A DNA stretch of 64,000 nt from Eledone cirrhosa (GCA_964016885.1 OZ024747.1:27032001-27096000), one strand, 5' to 3'. Shown: positions 16,925-32,445, counted from the stretch's first letter. Numbers and translations are program-made. The notes: a model not told the origin generated them from the sequence alone.

Positions 16925-19900
16925 TGGGTGGGAAATGACAATGGGCTGGGTGGGGTAGGAATTATGTTAGCAGAAAAATGGGTAGATAAGATAATAGACG
17001 TAAATAGAGTGAACGGCAGAATAATTGAAATAAGACTTGTCCTAAGTAGAACTACTGTGACAGTAATATCTGCGTATGCACCCCAATCCGGACTGCCTGG
17101 CGCTATAAAAGACAGATTCTATGAGACATTGATGCTCACTACCTCCCAAATAACTGACAGTGACTACATAATTATTGCTGGCGACCTAAATGGTCACGTT
17201 GGACAACATTATGATGGCTATGACGGAATCCATGGAGGCTATGGGTTTGGTACTAGAAATGAGGAAGGCTCCAGAATCCTGGAATTCTGTGACGCAAATA
17301 ACCTAACTATCTGTAACACTAACTTCAAAAAACGAGACAATCACTTGATCACCTATAGATCAGGGGAACACGCCAGTCAGATAGATTATATCCTTACCAG
17401 AAGACGTGATAGAGTATCTGTTGTAAACACTAAATCCCTCCCCCATGAAGAATGCACCTCCCAACATACTCATAGTCAGCGACCTCATAGTCAGGACAAG
17501 ACGTACTCGACAACAGAGGAGGATTATCCTCAGGAGAAAAATATGGAAGCTAAAGGACCCCACAGCCAGTAATAAATTTCAAAGCATATTACTTGATGCT
17601 TTCGACAGTAAGGAAGAGCAATTAGTCGTACAATATAGAGGAACAGTGGGAATTCCTGAAAGCTAACCTGCAGATGAAGTCTGTGGCTGGAGCAGGCCTA
17701 TAGGCAGGAGGAGAGTAACGTGGTGGTGGAGGAGTCAATTAAGGCCAAAAAGCAGGCTTGGAAAGTATGGCGGGATGGGGGGAAGTAGAGAAGACTATCA
17801 AGTGGCTAGGAGACAAGTGTACTTCGCAAGAAGGGAAGCAGAGGAAAGAAAGTTCAAGCATGTTCTACACCGCGAGGACCAAACACGTGAGGTGTTCAGG
17901 ATTGCTAGTCAATGTGTCAAGGAAAACCGTGATATTGTCGGGGAGAAGTGTGTCCTTAATGATAATGGTGTACTTGCCATCACTGACGCTGATAAGAAGG
18001 TAGCTTGGAAGTGTCACTACGAAAGGCTACTAAATGAGGAGAACAAATGGGAGAAAGACAGTCTCCCCCACATCAATCCAATAGAGGGACCAGCAGTGCT
18101 AGTTGAAGGTAGTATAATAAAGATATGAAGACGTGTAAGGCGGCTGGGCCTTCGGAAATAGTTGCTGAAATGCTGAAAGCATCTGGAATGGTGGGACACA
18201 CTATGGTCACCCGGATAGTAAACCAAGTCATACAGAATTGGGTCGTTCCGAAGGACTAGAGTAGCAGCATCATCATTAACTGCTACAACGGTAAAGGAGA
18301 TGCCCTAGATAGGAGTAACTATAGAGGCATTAAATTAATTGACCAGGTCATGAAGGTCACAGAAAAAGTAATAACGCAACTAATCAGAGAGCGAATTGAT
18401 CTAGATGAAATGCAGTTCGGGTTTGTGTCGGGTAAAAGTACCACAGACGCTCTTTTCATTGTACGGCAACTACAGGAGAAGTACCTAGCTAAAAATAAAC
18501 CCTATACTTAGCTTTTGTTGACTTGGAGAAAGCATTTGACAGAGTCCCTTGCTCCATTATATGGTGGGCTCTTAGAAAACTAGGTGTTGATGAATGGCTT
18601 GTGAGAGCTATACAAGCCATGTATAAAGAAACAGTCAGCAAGGTTAGAATTAACAACGAATATAGTGAAGAGTTTAGCGTAAAAGTTGGTGTTCATCAGG
18701 GCTCCGTTCTTCGCCCCCTACTATTTATTATTGCCCTTCATGCTATAACAGAGGAGTTCAAGACCGGCTGCCCATGGGAACTCCTATACGCAGATGATCT
18801 AACGCTTATAGCCGAATCAATGGCTGAACTAGAGAAGAAATTCCAAACATGGAAGCATGGCCTAGAATCAAAAGGCCTTAAAGTTAAGTTGTCTAAGACT
18901 AAAGTTCTAGTTTGTAGGAAGGAGAATAGGGCACTGGTCCCATTCGGGAAATGGCCAAGCTCAGTGTGTAGGAAAGGGGTAGGCGAAAACTCCATTTTAT
19001 GTCCCAAATGCAAAGTATGGGTACATAAAAGATGTAGTGGGATCACAGGTAAGCTAACTAAGAATATAGATTTTATATGTGGCCGGTGCTCTGGTGCAAT
19101 AAGTAGCACAAAATACCCACAGAATACTAGCTCATTCCATTGCCCAGATGGTTCTATAGAAATAGTGGACACCTTCCGTTACCAGGGTGACAAAATCAGC
19201 AGTGGTGGAGGGTGCTCCGAAAGTACTGTAGCTAGGGTCCGAACAGGATGGAAAAAGTTCAGAGAGCTTATACCACTATTGGCCGCTAAAGGGTTCTCTC
19301 TAAAAATAAAAGGCAGGCTGTATGATGCCTGCATACGAAAAGCGATGTTACATGGCAGTGAGACATGGGCCTTGTGTGCAGAGGATCTATGCAGACTGGA
19401 GAGGAACGAAACTTGCATGCTCCGTTGGATGTGTAATGCGAACGGCAAAGCATAAAAGAACTAAGTGAGAAATTAGGAATAAGAGGGATCAGATGTTGTT
19501 TACTCGAGAGAAGACTACGTTGGTATGGTCACGTGATGCGCATGAAAGATGACAGCTGTATAAAAAAGGGCAGGGCGATCAAAATAGATGGTAACTACGG
19601 AGTAGGCAGACTGAGAAAAACCTGGGACGACTTGATAAAATCCGACCTCACACACTTACACCTCTCCAAGACAATGTCACTGGACCGAGAGCTTTGGCGC
19701 TACGTAGTAATCCAGAAGACCTGCCTTGCTTAAGTACAAAGCGAAACCTACAGTCAGTAGGCACCTCTTAACAAAAATACACCCCCCTCCCACTAACCCT
19801 ACCCACACCGCCATATACACCACCCCTATCGATGTAAAGCTATGTTGGTACCACAATATCCAGTCCTAAATAAATGAGGTCATGTAGGTGTCATGACAAA

Positions 19901-20119
19901 AAAACACACAGTCCACGCTGTAATGTGGCCGTGTAGGTAACACGGTAAAAACCTCCCAGTCGACACTGTAAACGTGGTTGGTGTTAGGAAGGGCATCCAG
20001 CCGTAGAAAACCCGCCAGGTAGTCCTGAGCAAGACAACCAATCTTGCCTGAAGAGGGACAATTGCCGTCCAGACCCATGCTAGCGTGGAAAATGGACGTT
20101 AAACTATGATGATGATGAT
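16925..20119 (+). mobile_element. RTE LINE, most of ORF2 (APE endonuclease and RT) with frameshifts and stops, 3' UTR and (GAT)n tail
   Basis: APE motifs GVGIML, ISAYAPQ, AGDLNGHVG, SQIDYIL. RT motifs QFGF, DLEKAFD, YADD. Confidence 0.95.
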
Positions 20120-20140
20120 ATATATATATATATATATATG

Positions 20141-20520
20141 TTATAAGAATAGATTAAAGTTTAAGCAAAGAATTGCTACATTCAACATTAATCTGTGAAT
20201 GCAGAAGTAAATATTTTGAGAATCGTTGCAACCGAAGGAAAACGGGAAGACGATATTTTGGTTCGTGAAGATGTTCCCTGGTAATGAACGGAAAAAAAGC
20301 GAGGATAATACGTTGTTATTTGGACCAAGAAGAACAATTTCATGCAAAGACAAGACCAAGTTTATGGTATAAATGGAGTCGTTAGACTAATATTCTATTT
20401 AAAATAACAGCATGATTTCCAGCCCCGGAGTTTAAGAATGATGTAAATAAAATTGAAAACGAAAATGACAGAGGTTATTAAAATAGTAAATGTAAATAGT
20501 GAAGATTTAGGCCAGTACAT
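20141..20520 (-). mobile_element. Diverged copy of the repeat family at 29062/46053/48409 (probable PLE terminus)
   Basis: Shares AGATTAAAGTTTAAGCAAAGAAT and the following AAGACGATA..TTGGTTCGTG..AAAGACAA.ACCA block. Confidence 0.65.
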
Positions 20521-20619
20521 ACGTATACCCCGAGGGACATACACATACATACGCACATACAAATACACACACACATACAAATACACACACACACACAGGC
20601 ACACACGTGCGTGCGTATG

Positions 20620-21053
20620 TATAAACCTTGTGCATTTCTACAATATTTTCACCAAACTTAAGACATAGGTTACTTATGTACCCCGGATGGTCATGGGAAC
20701 TTTCATTTTTCCAGATATTGATTATAGGGCCTCCTGGCAGATAACCGCCTTTAACCACTTCCTTGGAGTCGACTGAAGCACTGCAGTGCAATGCAACAAA
20801 ACGTCATAACTTCTGGCGTTCACAACCGATTTTTACAAAACTTAACACATGGGCTACGTTTGTCCTACAGATGAATGTGAACTCTCAGAATTGGCACATA
20901 TAGCGTAGGGGATCCCTGGGGGCAGGAACCCCCTTTTGGAAAGAGCCAATGATTTTGTAAAAGTATAGTTTTCGAAGCAGCACTGAAGTATTGACATAAA
21001 TGATATACACAACTGCTATTTAATACCCGAGCAACGTCGGGTACCTCTTCTAG
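20620..21053 (+). mobile_element. Non-autonomous Helitron, 3' part
   Basis: Hairpin TACCCGA-GCAACG-TCGGGTA (21024-21043), then CTAG (21050-21053) followed by T, the standard Helitron 3' signature. The 5' end is uncertain. Confidence 0.7.
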
Positions 21054-21067
21054 TATATATATATAAA

Positions 21068-21104
<37 letters not shown>

Positions 21105-21117
21105 CTATATATATATA

Positions 21118-21950
21118 GCGGCGATGAATTAGTTTTGCGAGGTTTTTTATATGAAATCGTGTGTCGAAACAGATATTGTTATATTTGGGGAGGGTCATAT
21201 TTGCGTAATATTGCCAGAATTAATAACAGAACACACTCACTGTTTGGTTGGTTTTCGCTTCTCGCTGTCTTTTATATATATATATCTGCGATCTAACTTA
21301 CTCGGTCCTCAATGTTGCCATTGACTGACCGGCGGTCAAAAATAATACAGATACAATATAGACAAACACATATATATATAGTTTACATAAATCTTTCGTT
21401 GCACATCTGCAACATCGTCAGTGGTGTTATATTCATTGTTCCTCCTGTTGTGTTGTATGTCTACGCCATTTTTTTTGTTCAGTCTGTCTATATATTTATT
21501 TATTTATTTGCTTGTTTGTTTATCTTATTTTATTTTGTCTTCTTTGCGCATGCGTTTGCGTGTGTGTATAGTGTTATGTGTGATGTGTGATGTGTGATGT
21601 AAACAAACAAGCAAATAAATAAATAAATATATAGACAGACTGAACAAAAAAAAATGGCGTAGACATACAACACAACAGGAGGAACAATGAATATAACACC
21701 ACTGACGATGTTGCAGATGTGCAACGAAAGATTTATGTAAACTATATATATATGTGTTTGTCTATATTGTATCTGTATTATTTTTGACCGCCGGTCAGTC
21801 AATGGCAACATTGAGGACCGAGTAAGTTAGATCGCAGATATATATATATAAAAGACAGCGAGAAGCGAAAACCAACCAAACAGTGAGTGTGTTCTGTTAT
21901 TAATTCTGGCAATATTACGCAAATATGACCCTCCCCAAATATAACAATAT
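21118..21950 (-). mobile_element. PLE pseudo-LTR asymmetric palindrome: about 55-bp tail plus about 350-bp arms
   Basis: 21173-21522 and 21600-21950 are near-identical inverted copies. The arms are homologous to the 3' UTR (39170-39500) of the PLE ORF. Confidence 0.9.
21699..21737 (+). ncRNA. Minimal hammerhead-like motif, degenerate (also 21386-21424 on - and 39266-39304 on +)
   Basis: CCA CTGACGA T GTTGCA GATG TGCAAC GAAA GATTTA TG. The core and 6-bp helix II are clear; helices I and III are weak. Confidence 0.55.
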
Positions 21951-22020
21951 ATATATATATAAATATATATATATATAAATATATATATATATGAAATATA
22001 TATATATATATATATATGAA

Positions 22021-22053
<33 letters not shown>

Positions 22054-22120
22054 AAATATATATATATATATGAAATATAAATATATATATATATATGAAA
22101 TATATATATATATATATGAA

Positions 22121-22178
<58 letters not shown>

Positions 22179-22507
22179 ATATATATATATATATATGAAA
22201 TATATATATATATATATATATGAAATATATATATATATATATATATGAAATATATATATATATATATATATGAAATATATATATATATATATATGAAATA
22301 TATATATATATATATATATGAAATATATATAAATATATATATATATATGAAATATATATATATATATATATATGAAATATATATATATATATATATGAAA
22401 TATATATAAATATATATATATATATATGAAATATATATATATATATATGAAATATATATAAATATATATATATATATGAAATATATATAAATATATATAT
22501 ATATATG

Positions 22508-22552
<45 letters not shown>

Positions 22553-22758
22553 TATATATATATATGAAATATATATATATATATGAAATATATATATATA
22601 TATAGAAATATATATATATATAAATATATATATATATATGAAATATATATATATATATGAAATATATATATATATATAGAAATATATATATATATGAAAT
22701 ATATATATATATATAGAAATATATATATATATATAGAAATATATATATATATATAGAA

Positions 22759-22849
<91 letters not shown>

Positions 22850-22889
22850 AATATATATAGAAATATATATATAGAAATATATGAAATAT

Positions 22890-22940
<51 letters not shown>

Positions 22941-23078
22941 GAAATATATATAGAAATATATATATAGAAATATATGAAATATATATATATATATATATAG
23001 AAATATATGAAATATATATATATATATAAATATATGAAATATATATATAAATATATATAGGAAATATATATATATATA
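21951..23078. repeat. (TA)n tract punctuated by GAAA
   Basis: Directly visible. Confidence 0.97.
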
Positions 23079-25540
23079 CAGTGAGTCCTCGATATACGGT
23101 ATATATGAGTTCCAGAAACCCTTACCGTATATCGAATTATCGTATAAAGAACCCATTATAACATGAAATAGATAGGGATGCAGTCCAGCACATCGAAAAA
23201 GTCATCCCTCCAGAAAAGAAATAATGTTTTTTTTTTATTTACCGTACCTTACACATGCCGCATAGTCCATCAGATGATGTGCCTCTTCATTTGTCCCTCC
23301 CGAGGCTAAGGGACAGTATGGGTTTCAGCCCTTACTCATCTTGGGCTGAGTTGGCAGGAGAGGATGAAGGTGATGTGGGAGACTCAAAACCAACAAACTC
23401 GTTGACTGCAGGGGATGTTGAAGGGCCAGCTGTAGCACGGTTGGCAGGTGTGACTGGCTTGAAGAAAGAGTAGATGGAGGACTGTTTAGCGGTGTTTCTT
23501 TTGGCTTCATACATTTCTTGGTAAATCTTGACGCTTTTCTCGACATCTTGAGCCACTTTGCTGCTCCTAGCAGGGTTGGGGGTCACGCTTCTTCAGGGTT
23601 TCTAAGATTGTTTCGATACTCCCGAGACATTCTCTTAGAGGTTTTATGTCCAAGCCATGCACAGGTTCTTCTTCCTCCTCTTCTTTTTCTGTATCACCTT
23701 CTCCTGTATCACCTTGTCTAGTTCTATGAGTTCAGCGTGGCATTCCAAAAGGTTTTGCACATCATCATCATTAAAACCATCGAAGCCAGCTCTATGGCAG
23801 AGATTTACAATATCTTTTTTTATCGCACCAATGTCCTCAGCAAAGCCTTGGAAATCATTCACACATGTTGGCCATAATTTCTCCCAGGCCATGGTAGACT
23901 GCTTCACTTCTTCCCAAGATGCCTTGATGTTGTCTAAGCCGTGCTTGATGTTGTACAATTTCCACCATTCCCTGATCGTGGGCTTGTAAGGCCCATCTGT
24001 GCCCTTTATCAGCTGCTGTATGGTTCTCCACTGGTAGTATGCCTTAAATGTTTTGATGACTGTTCGATCCATCGGCTGAATGAGAGCTGTGGTGTTTGGG
24101 GGGAGAAACAAAACCTCAATATTTTCTGACCAGTCTTCCATTGCTCGTGGGTGGCTGGGGGCGTTGTCAACTAATAGCAGAAAACGGTTGGCAATGTCGT
24201 TAGCTAATGCATATTCCTTAAGGGTTGGTGACAGATATGAGGTCAAAAGATCCTGGTGAATTGAAGTGATCAGTCATGCCTTCTTATTAGACTTCCATAT
24301 CACTGGTAGGTATTGCTTAAGTAACCCCTTGAGTGATCTTGGAGTTTCAGAATTGTAGATAATGAGTGGCTTTAGCTTTAAATCTCCTTCTGCATTCCCT
24401 CCAAGTAACAGAGTAACGCGGTCCTTTGAGGCTTTGAAACCCTTTGCATTTTTCTCCTTGTCAATATAATTATTACTGGTCATCTTTTTCCAATAAAGTC
24501 CTGTTTCATCATAATTAGTAACCTGTTTTTTGCTGTACCCCTTCTCTGCAATGCATTTCTCTAACACTGCTTTGAATTTTGTCGGAACTGGCAGCCTCAC
24601 CTGTAACATTTATGTTGTGAAGACTCGAACGTCGTTTGAACTTATCAAACTTATCAAACCAGCCTTTGCTTGCCTTGAATACAAAGTCCTCCACCCCCAT
24701 TTCAGTCTTGAGCCTGTCAATAATGGAAAATGCTTTCTCACTGATTACATTTAAAGACAGAGGCATATTTTGATGATTTTGGTAGTCGATCCAAATTTGA
24801 GCAACCTTTCCATCCTATCCATAATCGGCTCACCATGTTTGGTCAACAATTTACTCTGTAGACTCGTAGCATTCTCCCCAGCCTTTTGGACATCCTCACT
24901 ATTTTTTAAAACAGTCCAGACTGTAGACTGCGCTAGGCCTAAGTTACGACTTATGGCGGATGTACCTTGCCCTGTTCCTTCCTTTTCAAAATGTCCAGCT
25001 TTATCTCCAAAGTCAGGCTCTTCTTCATGCGTCTGCATCAGCAATATTCGCAGGACGTTTTGGGGCCATGAGATATGGGATTATAAGATATGCCATGATA
25101 ATTATGCTCCCAAAACACGCCGTTGGGTTTTCTCTTATCAATGACGTCATAACTCTTAACTGATCACTTCAGTGTGGCAAAAATTCTCTCACTGAGAAGA
25201 GACGCTAGTTTGCAGAACTGAAGTGATCAGTTAAGAGTTATGACGTCATCGACCGATATCTGAACTCGCTCGTGAATGGCCAGTTTCTCTGTAAGGTCAG
25301 TTAGTACGATAGCAGTAGTAACACAATTTTCCTAGAATTCGAATATCAGTCAGTTTCCACGAATTCAAGGGAGAATTTATTGCTTACTACAGGTGGCGCT
25401 ACGGTACAATATAAACAAAACACGACCAAAAACCGTATCTGAATATTTCTTACCGTAAATAGAATTGATGGTAGTAATTACCCAAAACCGTATCTATGAA
25501 TTGACCGGATAAAGAACTACCGTATATCGAGGACCCACTG
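23079..25540 (-). mobile_element. Full-length Tigger/pogo-type DNA transposon with a disrupted transposase
   Basis: 23-bp TIRs CAGTG(A/G)GTCCTCGATATACGGTA with 1 mismatch and TA on both sides. MAPKR start at 25069. Motifs FKASKGWF, NYDETGLYWK, KDRVTLLLGGNAEG, LLVDNAPSHP and LPPNTTALIQPMD are split over several frames. Confidence 0.95.
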
Positions 25541-25554
25541 TATATATATATATG

Positions 25555-25586
<32 letters not shown>

Positions 25587-25610
25587 TATATATAGGAAAT
25601 ATATATATAT

Positions 25611-26548
25611 CTCTTTTACTCTTTTATCTGTTCCAGCCATCCGGCTGAGGCCATGTTGGGGCACCGCCCTTGTTGCTACACATTTTATCTCCAGCCTGTA
25701 TAGGTTGGCCACTGGTGTAACGGGGAGTTTATTTCTGCTGCCCTTACGTTTCCCTCGTGCCTTGCTGTGGGCTGATCCGGGATAGGAGGTGTCGAGATGT
25801 TTCTTGAAGACATCCACCGCCACATCATGCAAATCTCTCAGATCCCTCGGCAGCTTGTTGAAGAGTTGAGGGCCCTTGAATCCCAGGCTATTGCAATACC
25901 TGCTCCTTATTCTAGATGTGGAAGACGGGACCTTTGGCACCACAGTGACATACTGTTCGACGGTTGGTCCAGCTTCCAATGCCAAAGTTTGGTGCTAGTC
26001 CCTCCAGGATTTTCCACATGTAGATCACTGCGTATCCCTCCCGTCTTCGTTCCAAGGAGTAGAGGTTCAGTTCTTTCAGCCTCTCCCAGTAGCCTGTCTC
26101 CTTCATCGTGGCAATCCTCTTGGTGTAGCTTTGCTGGATTGCCTCAAGCTCTGTGGTTAGTTTGATGCGATGGGGTGACCACAACTGGGAGCAGTAGTCC
26201 AGGTGGCTTAGGACAAATGTCCTCCATAGTGTCAACATGGTGTCTCGGTCTCTTGTCCGGAAAGTCCTCAAGATCCAGCCAGCGAGTCGTCTGCACATTG
26301 TCGCCACTTTCATGATGTGTGAGGAAAAAGATGCATCATCGCTCATGTCTATGCCCAGGTCCTGTATCGATTTTGACACGGGGATATCGGTCCCTCATGT
26401 TCCTGTGTAGTTGTGTTATACTATATTTGTGTTTGCAGGTTTGTCTGGAGGTTTGTATTGTAGGGCTTGGAATTTGCCAGCATTAAACTGCATGTTGTTT
26501 TCTTCCACCCAGATCTTGTTGTAAAAGGGCAGCGTCAGCCAGGTTTTT
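25611..26548 (-). mobile_element. 5'-truncated CR1-group LINE (same family as 60301-62385)
   Basis: LDYCSQLWSP, LYSLERRR and NSLGFKGPQLFN motifs. The 3' end TAAAAGAG repeats abut TA. Confidence 0.9.
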
Positions 26549-27237
26549 TAAAATATATATATATGAAATATATATATATATATGAAATATATATATATAT
26601 ATATATCGGATTTCTTTCCTAGAGTGCTTAAATTATTTGTGACTAATCCCGGTATATTTAAAAAAAAAAAAACGCGATAATATTGCTTTTTGCTGAACTC
26701 CTTATTGTAGAGTTTTTTTTGGAATGTTTTTGACTGTTGTTTCTTGTAAACAAACATTCGTCTCATTCTGACGTCACCAGCCCTGTCTTTCAACATGTGC
26801 GTTTTATTTTCATAATCAAGCATGATGGTAAACTAGCCTGCTTTTAATTCCCTTTTTTTGCATATTAATCAGTGAGAAATTTGGCTATCGAGTTGAGCTC
26901 TGCTGAGGATCGAATTCCAACCGTGACCATCTCCACTGAAAGTTTTTCGTGAAATAGTCTTCAAGACTATACAGAGAATTTGTAGTTGTCCCAAATTGAA
27001 GGATGAGTATTTTGAACTTTATTTTATCATGAGTTAAAGCTCTATTGATTTTTCCCTGGATTTCACTAAATTCTGTTGGATGAATCTATATCCTGATTCT
27101 TTTTGAGTTGAGTTTGATTATTTTTCCCACATCTTACATTAACTATTTTTCCCATTCTGATGCTATAGTCACTTAGATATTATGGAATACTGTTGGCTTT
27201 TTGCTACAATATTTTCTATACCTTTCATTTATATATA

Positions 27238-28931
27238 TGAGGGACCAGCTATTGAGATTGACGAATATAGGGTCCAAGAGGCGATTAGGGAAATGAAAAA
27301 TGGTAAGGCGGCCGGACCATCGGGAATGGTTGCTGAGATGCTGAAGGCATCACGGGACGTAGGCACTAAACTGGTTGCACGCATCATCAATCAGGCTATA
27401 TTATGGTGGTGTCATACCCAAAGACTGGTGCAGCAGTATTCTCATAAATTGCTACAAAGGTAAAGGGGGATGCTTTGGAGAGGAGCAATTATAGGGGTAT
27501 GAAACTGATAGATCAGGTTATGAAAGTGGCAGAAAGGATTTTAGCACAACTAATTAGAGAAAGGGTCAAACTAGATGGGATGCAGTTTGGTTTTGTGCCT
27601 GGGAAGAGTACAACAGATGCCCTCTTCTTGGTGAGACAAATGCAAGAGAGATTCTTAGAGAAGAATAAGCCACTATACTTAACCTTTGTTGACCTAGAGA
27701 GGGCCTTTGATGGGGTACCCCGATCTGTCATCTGGTGGTCCCTAAGGAAGCTAGGTGTTGAGGAATGGCTTGTGAGGACAGTGCAAACTTTGTACAGAGG
27801 TACTCTCAGTAAAGTCAGGGTAGGAATGGAGTTTAGTGAGGAATTCCAGATACAAGTAGGAGTACATCAGGGTTCGGTCCTCAGCCCGCTCTTGTTCATT
27901 ATAGTCCTCCAAGCATAACAGAGGAGTTTAAAACTGGCTGTCCATGGGAACTTCTCTATGCTGACGATCTGGCTCTTATAGCAGAATCAGTAGAGGAGCT
28001 AGAGAATAAATTCCGGCTATGGAAACAGCAGTTGGAAGCAAGAGGACTGAGAGTAAATCTAGCTAAGACAAAAGTGTTGATGAGTAGAAAAGAGGACAAA
28101 ACCCCGATTCCGTCAGGGAAATGGCCATGTTCGATATGCAGAAAAGGAACTGGCATATATTCTATAAAATGCACACAATGCAGGTCCTAGGTACACAAGA
28201 GATGTAGCGGGATAGCAGGCAAACTAACAGGTAGGGAGAAGTGTGTGTGCAGTGGATGTGCAGGGAGATTGGACAGTAGAGGTCGCACTGATGGACACAT
28301 TTTTCAAATGCGAGAGGGCGCTATGGAAGTGGTGGATAGCTTCCGGTGCCTAGGAGATCAGGTTGGCATGGGAGGAGGGTGTTCCGAGGCCATAGTGTCT
28401 GGGTTAGGGACGGGTTGGAAGAGGTTTAAGGAGCGCTTCCTCTGTTGACGAAGGGTTTCTCCCTGCGTACGAAGGGCCGGTTGTATGATGCCTGTGTGAG
28501 GAGCGCGATGCTGCATGGTAGTGAGACATGGGCAGCAACCGCAGAGGATATGCGACGGCTGGAGGGAAATGGGGCGGGCATGCTCCATTGGATGTGCAGT
28601 GTGGGTGTGCGTGAGCGACCCAGCATACATGTGTTGAGAGAGAAACTGTGTCTGAGAGGGATAGAATGTAGTGTACGGGAGAGGAGACTGAGGTGGTATG
28701 GACGTGTGGTGCGCGTGGAGGATGACCGATGGGTCAGGAAGTGCCAGGAAATGCCAGTTGAAGGAAGACGTGGTAGAGGTAGACCACGAAAAACATGGGC
28801 GGAGGTGGTGAGAACAGACCTCAGATCATTGAAGCTCACGGCGGAAATGACGAGTGGAGAGATGCTCTGCTGAGTGGGACCCGTCACACCCTTGCAAGCA
28901 GGGAAAAGCGGACGTAAAATGATAATGATGA
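27238..28931 (+). mobile_element. 5'-truncated RTE LINE, short-UTR subfamily
   Basis: KAAGPSG, QFGFVPG, GVHQGSVLSP and YADD motifs. It ends GGACGTAAAATGATAATGATG. Confidence 0.92.
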
Positions 28932-29061
28932 TATATGAAATATATATATATATATGAAATATATATATATGAAATATATATATATATATGAAATATATAT
29001 ATATGAAATATATATATATATATATATATGAAATATATATATATATATATATATGAAATAT

Positions 29062-29270
29062 ATATTTATTAAAATAACAGATTAAAGTTTAAGCAAAGAA
29101 TCAATCGCAGTTTCAGAAGATCCCGTTAAGGGTGAAAGCAGCGATTCTTTGCTTAAACTTTAATCTGTTATTTTAATAAATATTAGCTCTTCGGTTCTTA
29201 TATATTTGATATATATTTTCCTTATCGAGCCCTCTTTGGATTTTAGTCTTCAATTTTATTATTATTACTA
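29062..29270 (+). mobile_element. Mini asymmetric palindrome (41-bp arms, 87-bp tail) with a variant HHR core in the spacer
   Basis: 29062-29102 is inverted at 29143-29183. The tail end TCGAGCCCTCTTTGG...TTACT is shared with 46856-46900. Confidence 0.75.
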
Positions 29271-29642
29271 TATGAAATATATATTTATATATATGAAATA
29301 TATATATATATGAAAAATATATTTATATATATGAAATATATATATATGGAATATATATATATATGAATATATATTATATATATGAAATATATATATATAT
29401 ATGAAATATATATATATATGAACATATATATTATATGAAATATATATATATATGAAATATATATATATATATGAAATATATATATATATATGAAATATAT
29501 ATATATATTTATATATATGAAATATATATATATATATATATGAAATATATATATATATATATATGAAATATATATATATATATATATGAAATATATATAT
29601 ATATTTATATATATGAAATATATATATATATATATATATGAA

Positions 29643-29673
<31 letters not shown>

Positions 29674-30157
29674 ATATATATATATGAAATATATATATAT
29701 ATATGATATATATATATATATGAAATATATATATATATATGAAATATATATATATATATGAAATATATATATATATATGATATATATATATATATGAAAT
29801 ATATATATATATATGAAATATATATATATATATATGAAATATATATATATATATGAAATATATATATATATATGAAATATATATATATATATATGAAATA
29901 TATATATATATATGAAATATAAATATATATATGAAATATATATATATATATGAAATATATATATATATATGAAATATATATATATATATGAAATATATAT
30001 ATATATATGAAATATATATATATATATGAAATATATATATATGAAATATATATATATATATGAAATATATATATATATATGAAATATATATATATGAAAT
30101 ATATATATATATATGAAATATATATATATATATGAAATATATATTTATATATATGAA

Positions 30158-30221
<64 letters not shown>

Positions 30222-30346
30222 ATATTTATATATATGAAATATATATATATTTATATATATGAAATATATATATATTTATATATATGAAATATATATATAT
30301 ATTTATATATATATATATATATATGAAATATATATATATATATGAA

Positions 30347-30379
<33 letters not shown>

Positions 30380-30405
30380 ATTTATATATATGAAATATAT
30401 ATATA

Positions 30406-30443
<38 letters not shown>

Positions 30444-30458
30444 ATATATATATATGAA

Positions 30459-30491
<33 letters not shown>

Positions 30492-30675
30492 ATATATATA
30501 TATGAAATATATATATATATATGAAATATATATTTATATATATGAAATATATATTTATATATATGAAATATATATATATATATGAAATATATATATATAT
30601 ATATGAAATATATATATATATATATATGAAATATATATTTATATATATGAAATTATATATATATATATATATGAA

Positions 30676-30706
<31 letters not shown>

Positions 30707-30790
30707 ATATATATATGAAATATATATTTATATATATGAAATATATATATATTTATATATATGAAATATATATATATATATATATATGAA

Positions 30791-30823
<33 letters not shown>

Positions 30824-31126
30824 ATATATATATATATGAAATATATATTTATATATATGAAATATATATATATATATATATATGAAATATATATATATAT
30901 ATATATATGAAATATATATATATATATGAAATATATATATATATATGAAATATATATATATATATGAAATATATATATATATATGAAATATATATATATA
31001 TATATGAAATATATATATATATATGAAATATATATATATATATGAAATATATATATATATGAAATATATATTTATATATATGAAATATATATTTATATAT
31101 ATGAAATATATATTTATATATATGAA

Positions 31127-31161
<35 letters not shown>

Positions 31162-31283
31162 ATATATATATATATGAAATATATATATATATATGAAATA
31201 TATATATATATATATATGAAATATATATATATATATATGAAATATATATATATATATATGAAATATATATATATATATATGAA

Positions 31284-31314
<31 letters not shown>

Positions 31315-31450
31315 ATATATATTTATATATATGAAATATATATATATATATGAAATATATATTTATATATATGAAATATATATTTATATATATATATATG
31401 AAATATACATTTATATATATATATATGAAATATATATTTATATATATATG

Positions 31451-31499
<49 letters not shown>

Positions 31500-31973
31500 A
31501 TGAAATATATATATATATATATGAAATATATATATATATATATATGAAATATATATTTATATATATGAAATATATATATATATATATATGAAATATATTT
31601 ATATATATGAAATATATATATATATATATATGAAATATATATATATATATGAAATATATATTTATATATATGAAATATATATATATATATATGAAATATA
31701 TATTTATATATATGAAATATTATATATATATATATATATATGAAATATATATATATATATATGAAATATATATATATGAAATATATATTATATATGAAAT
31801 ATATATATATATATGAAATATATATATATGAAATATATATATATATATGAAATATATATATATATATGAAATATATATATATATATGAAATATATATATA
31901 TATATATATGAAATATATATATATATATGAAATATATATTTATATATTTCATATATATATTTATATATATGAA

Positions 31974-32006
<33 letters not shown>

Positions 32007-32350
32007 ATATATATATGAAATATATATATATATATATGAAATATATATTTATATATATGAAATATATATATATATATATATATTGAAATATATATATATA
32101 TATATATGAAATATATATATATTTATATATATGAAATATATATATATATATGATATATATATTTATATATATGAAATATATATTTATATATATATATGAA
32201 ATATATATTTATATATATATATGAAATATATATTTATATATATATATGAAATATATATTTATATATATATATGAAATATATATATTTCTATATATATATG
32301 AAATATATATTTATATATATATATGAAATATATATTTATATATATATGAA

Positions 32351-32381
<31 letters not shown>

Positions 32382-32445
32382 ATATTTATATATATGAAAT
32401 ATATATATATATATATGAAATATATATATATATATATATACATAT
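29271..32445. repeat. About 3.2-kb (TGAAA(TA)n) satellite-like microsatellite
   Basis: Directly visible. Confidence 0.97.

Noticed and set aside
26900-26960. CTGAGGA...GAAA as another HHR
   Set aside because: No helices I-III could be formed around the core.
26587-27230. Possible ORF1/gag-like remnant on the - strand
   Set aside because: Short broken frames with no recognisable motif.
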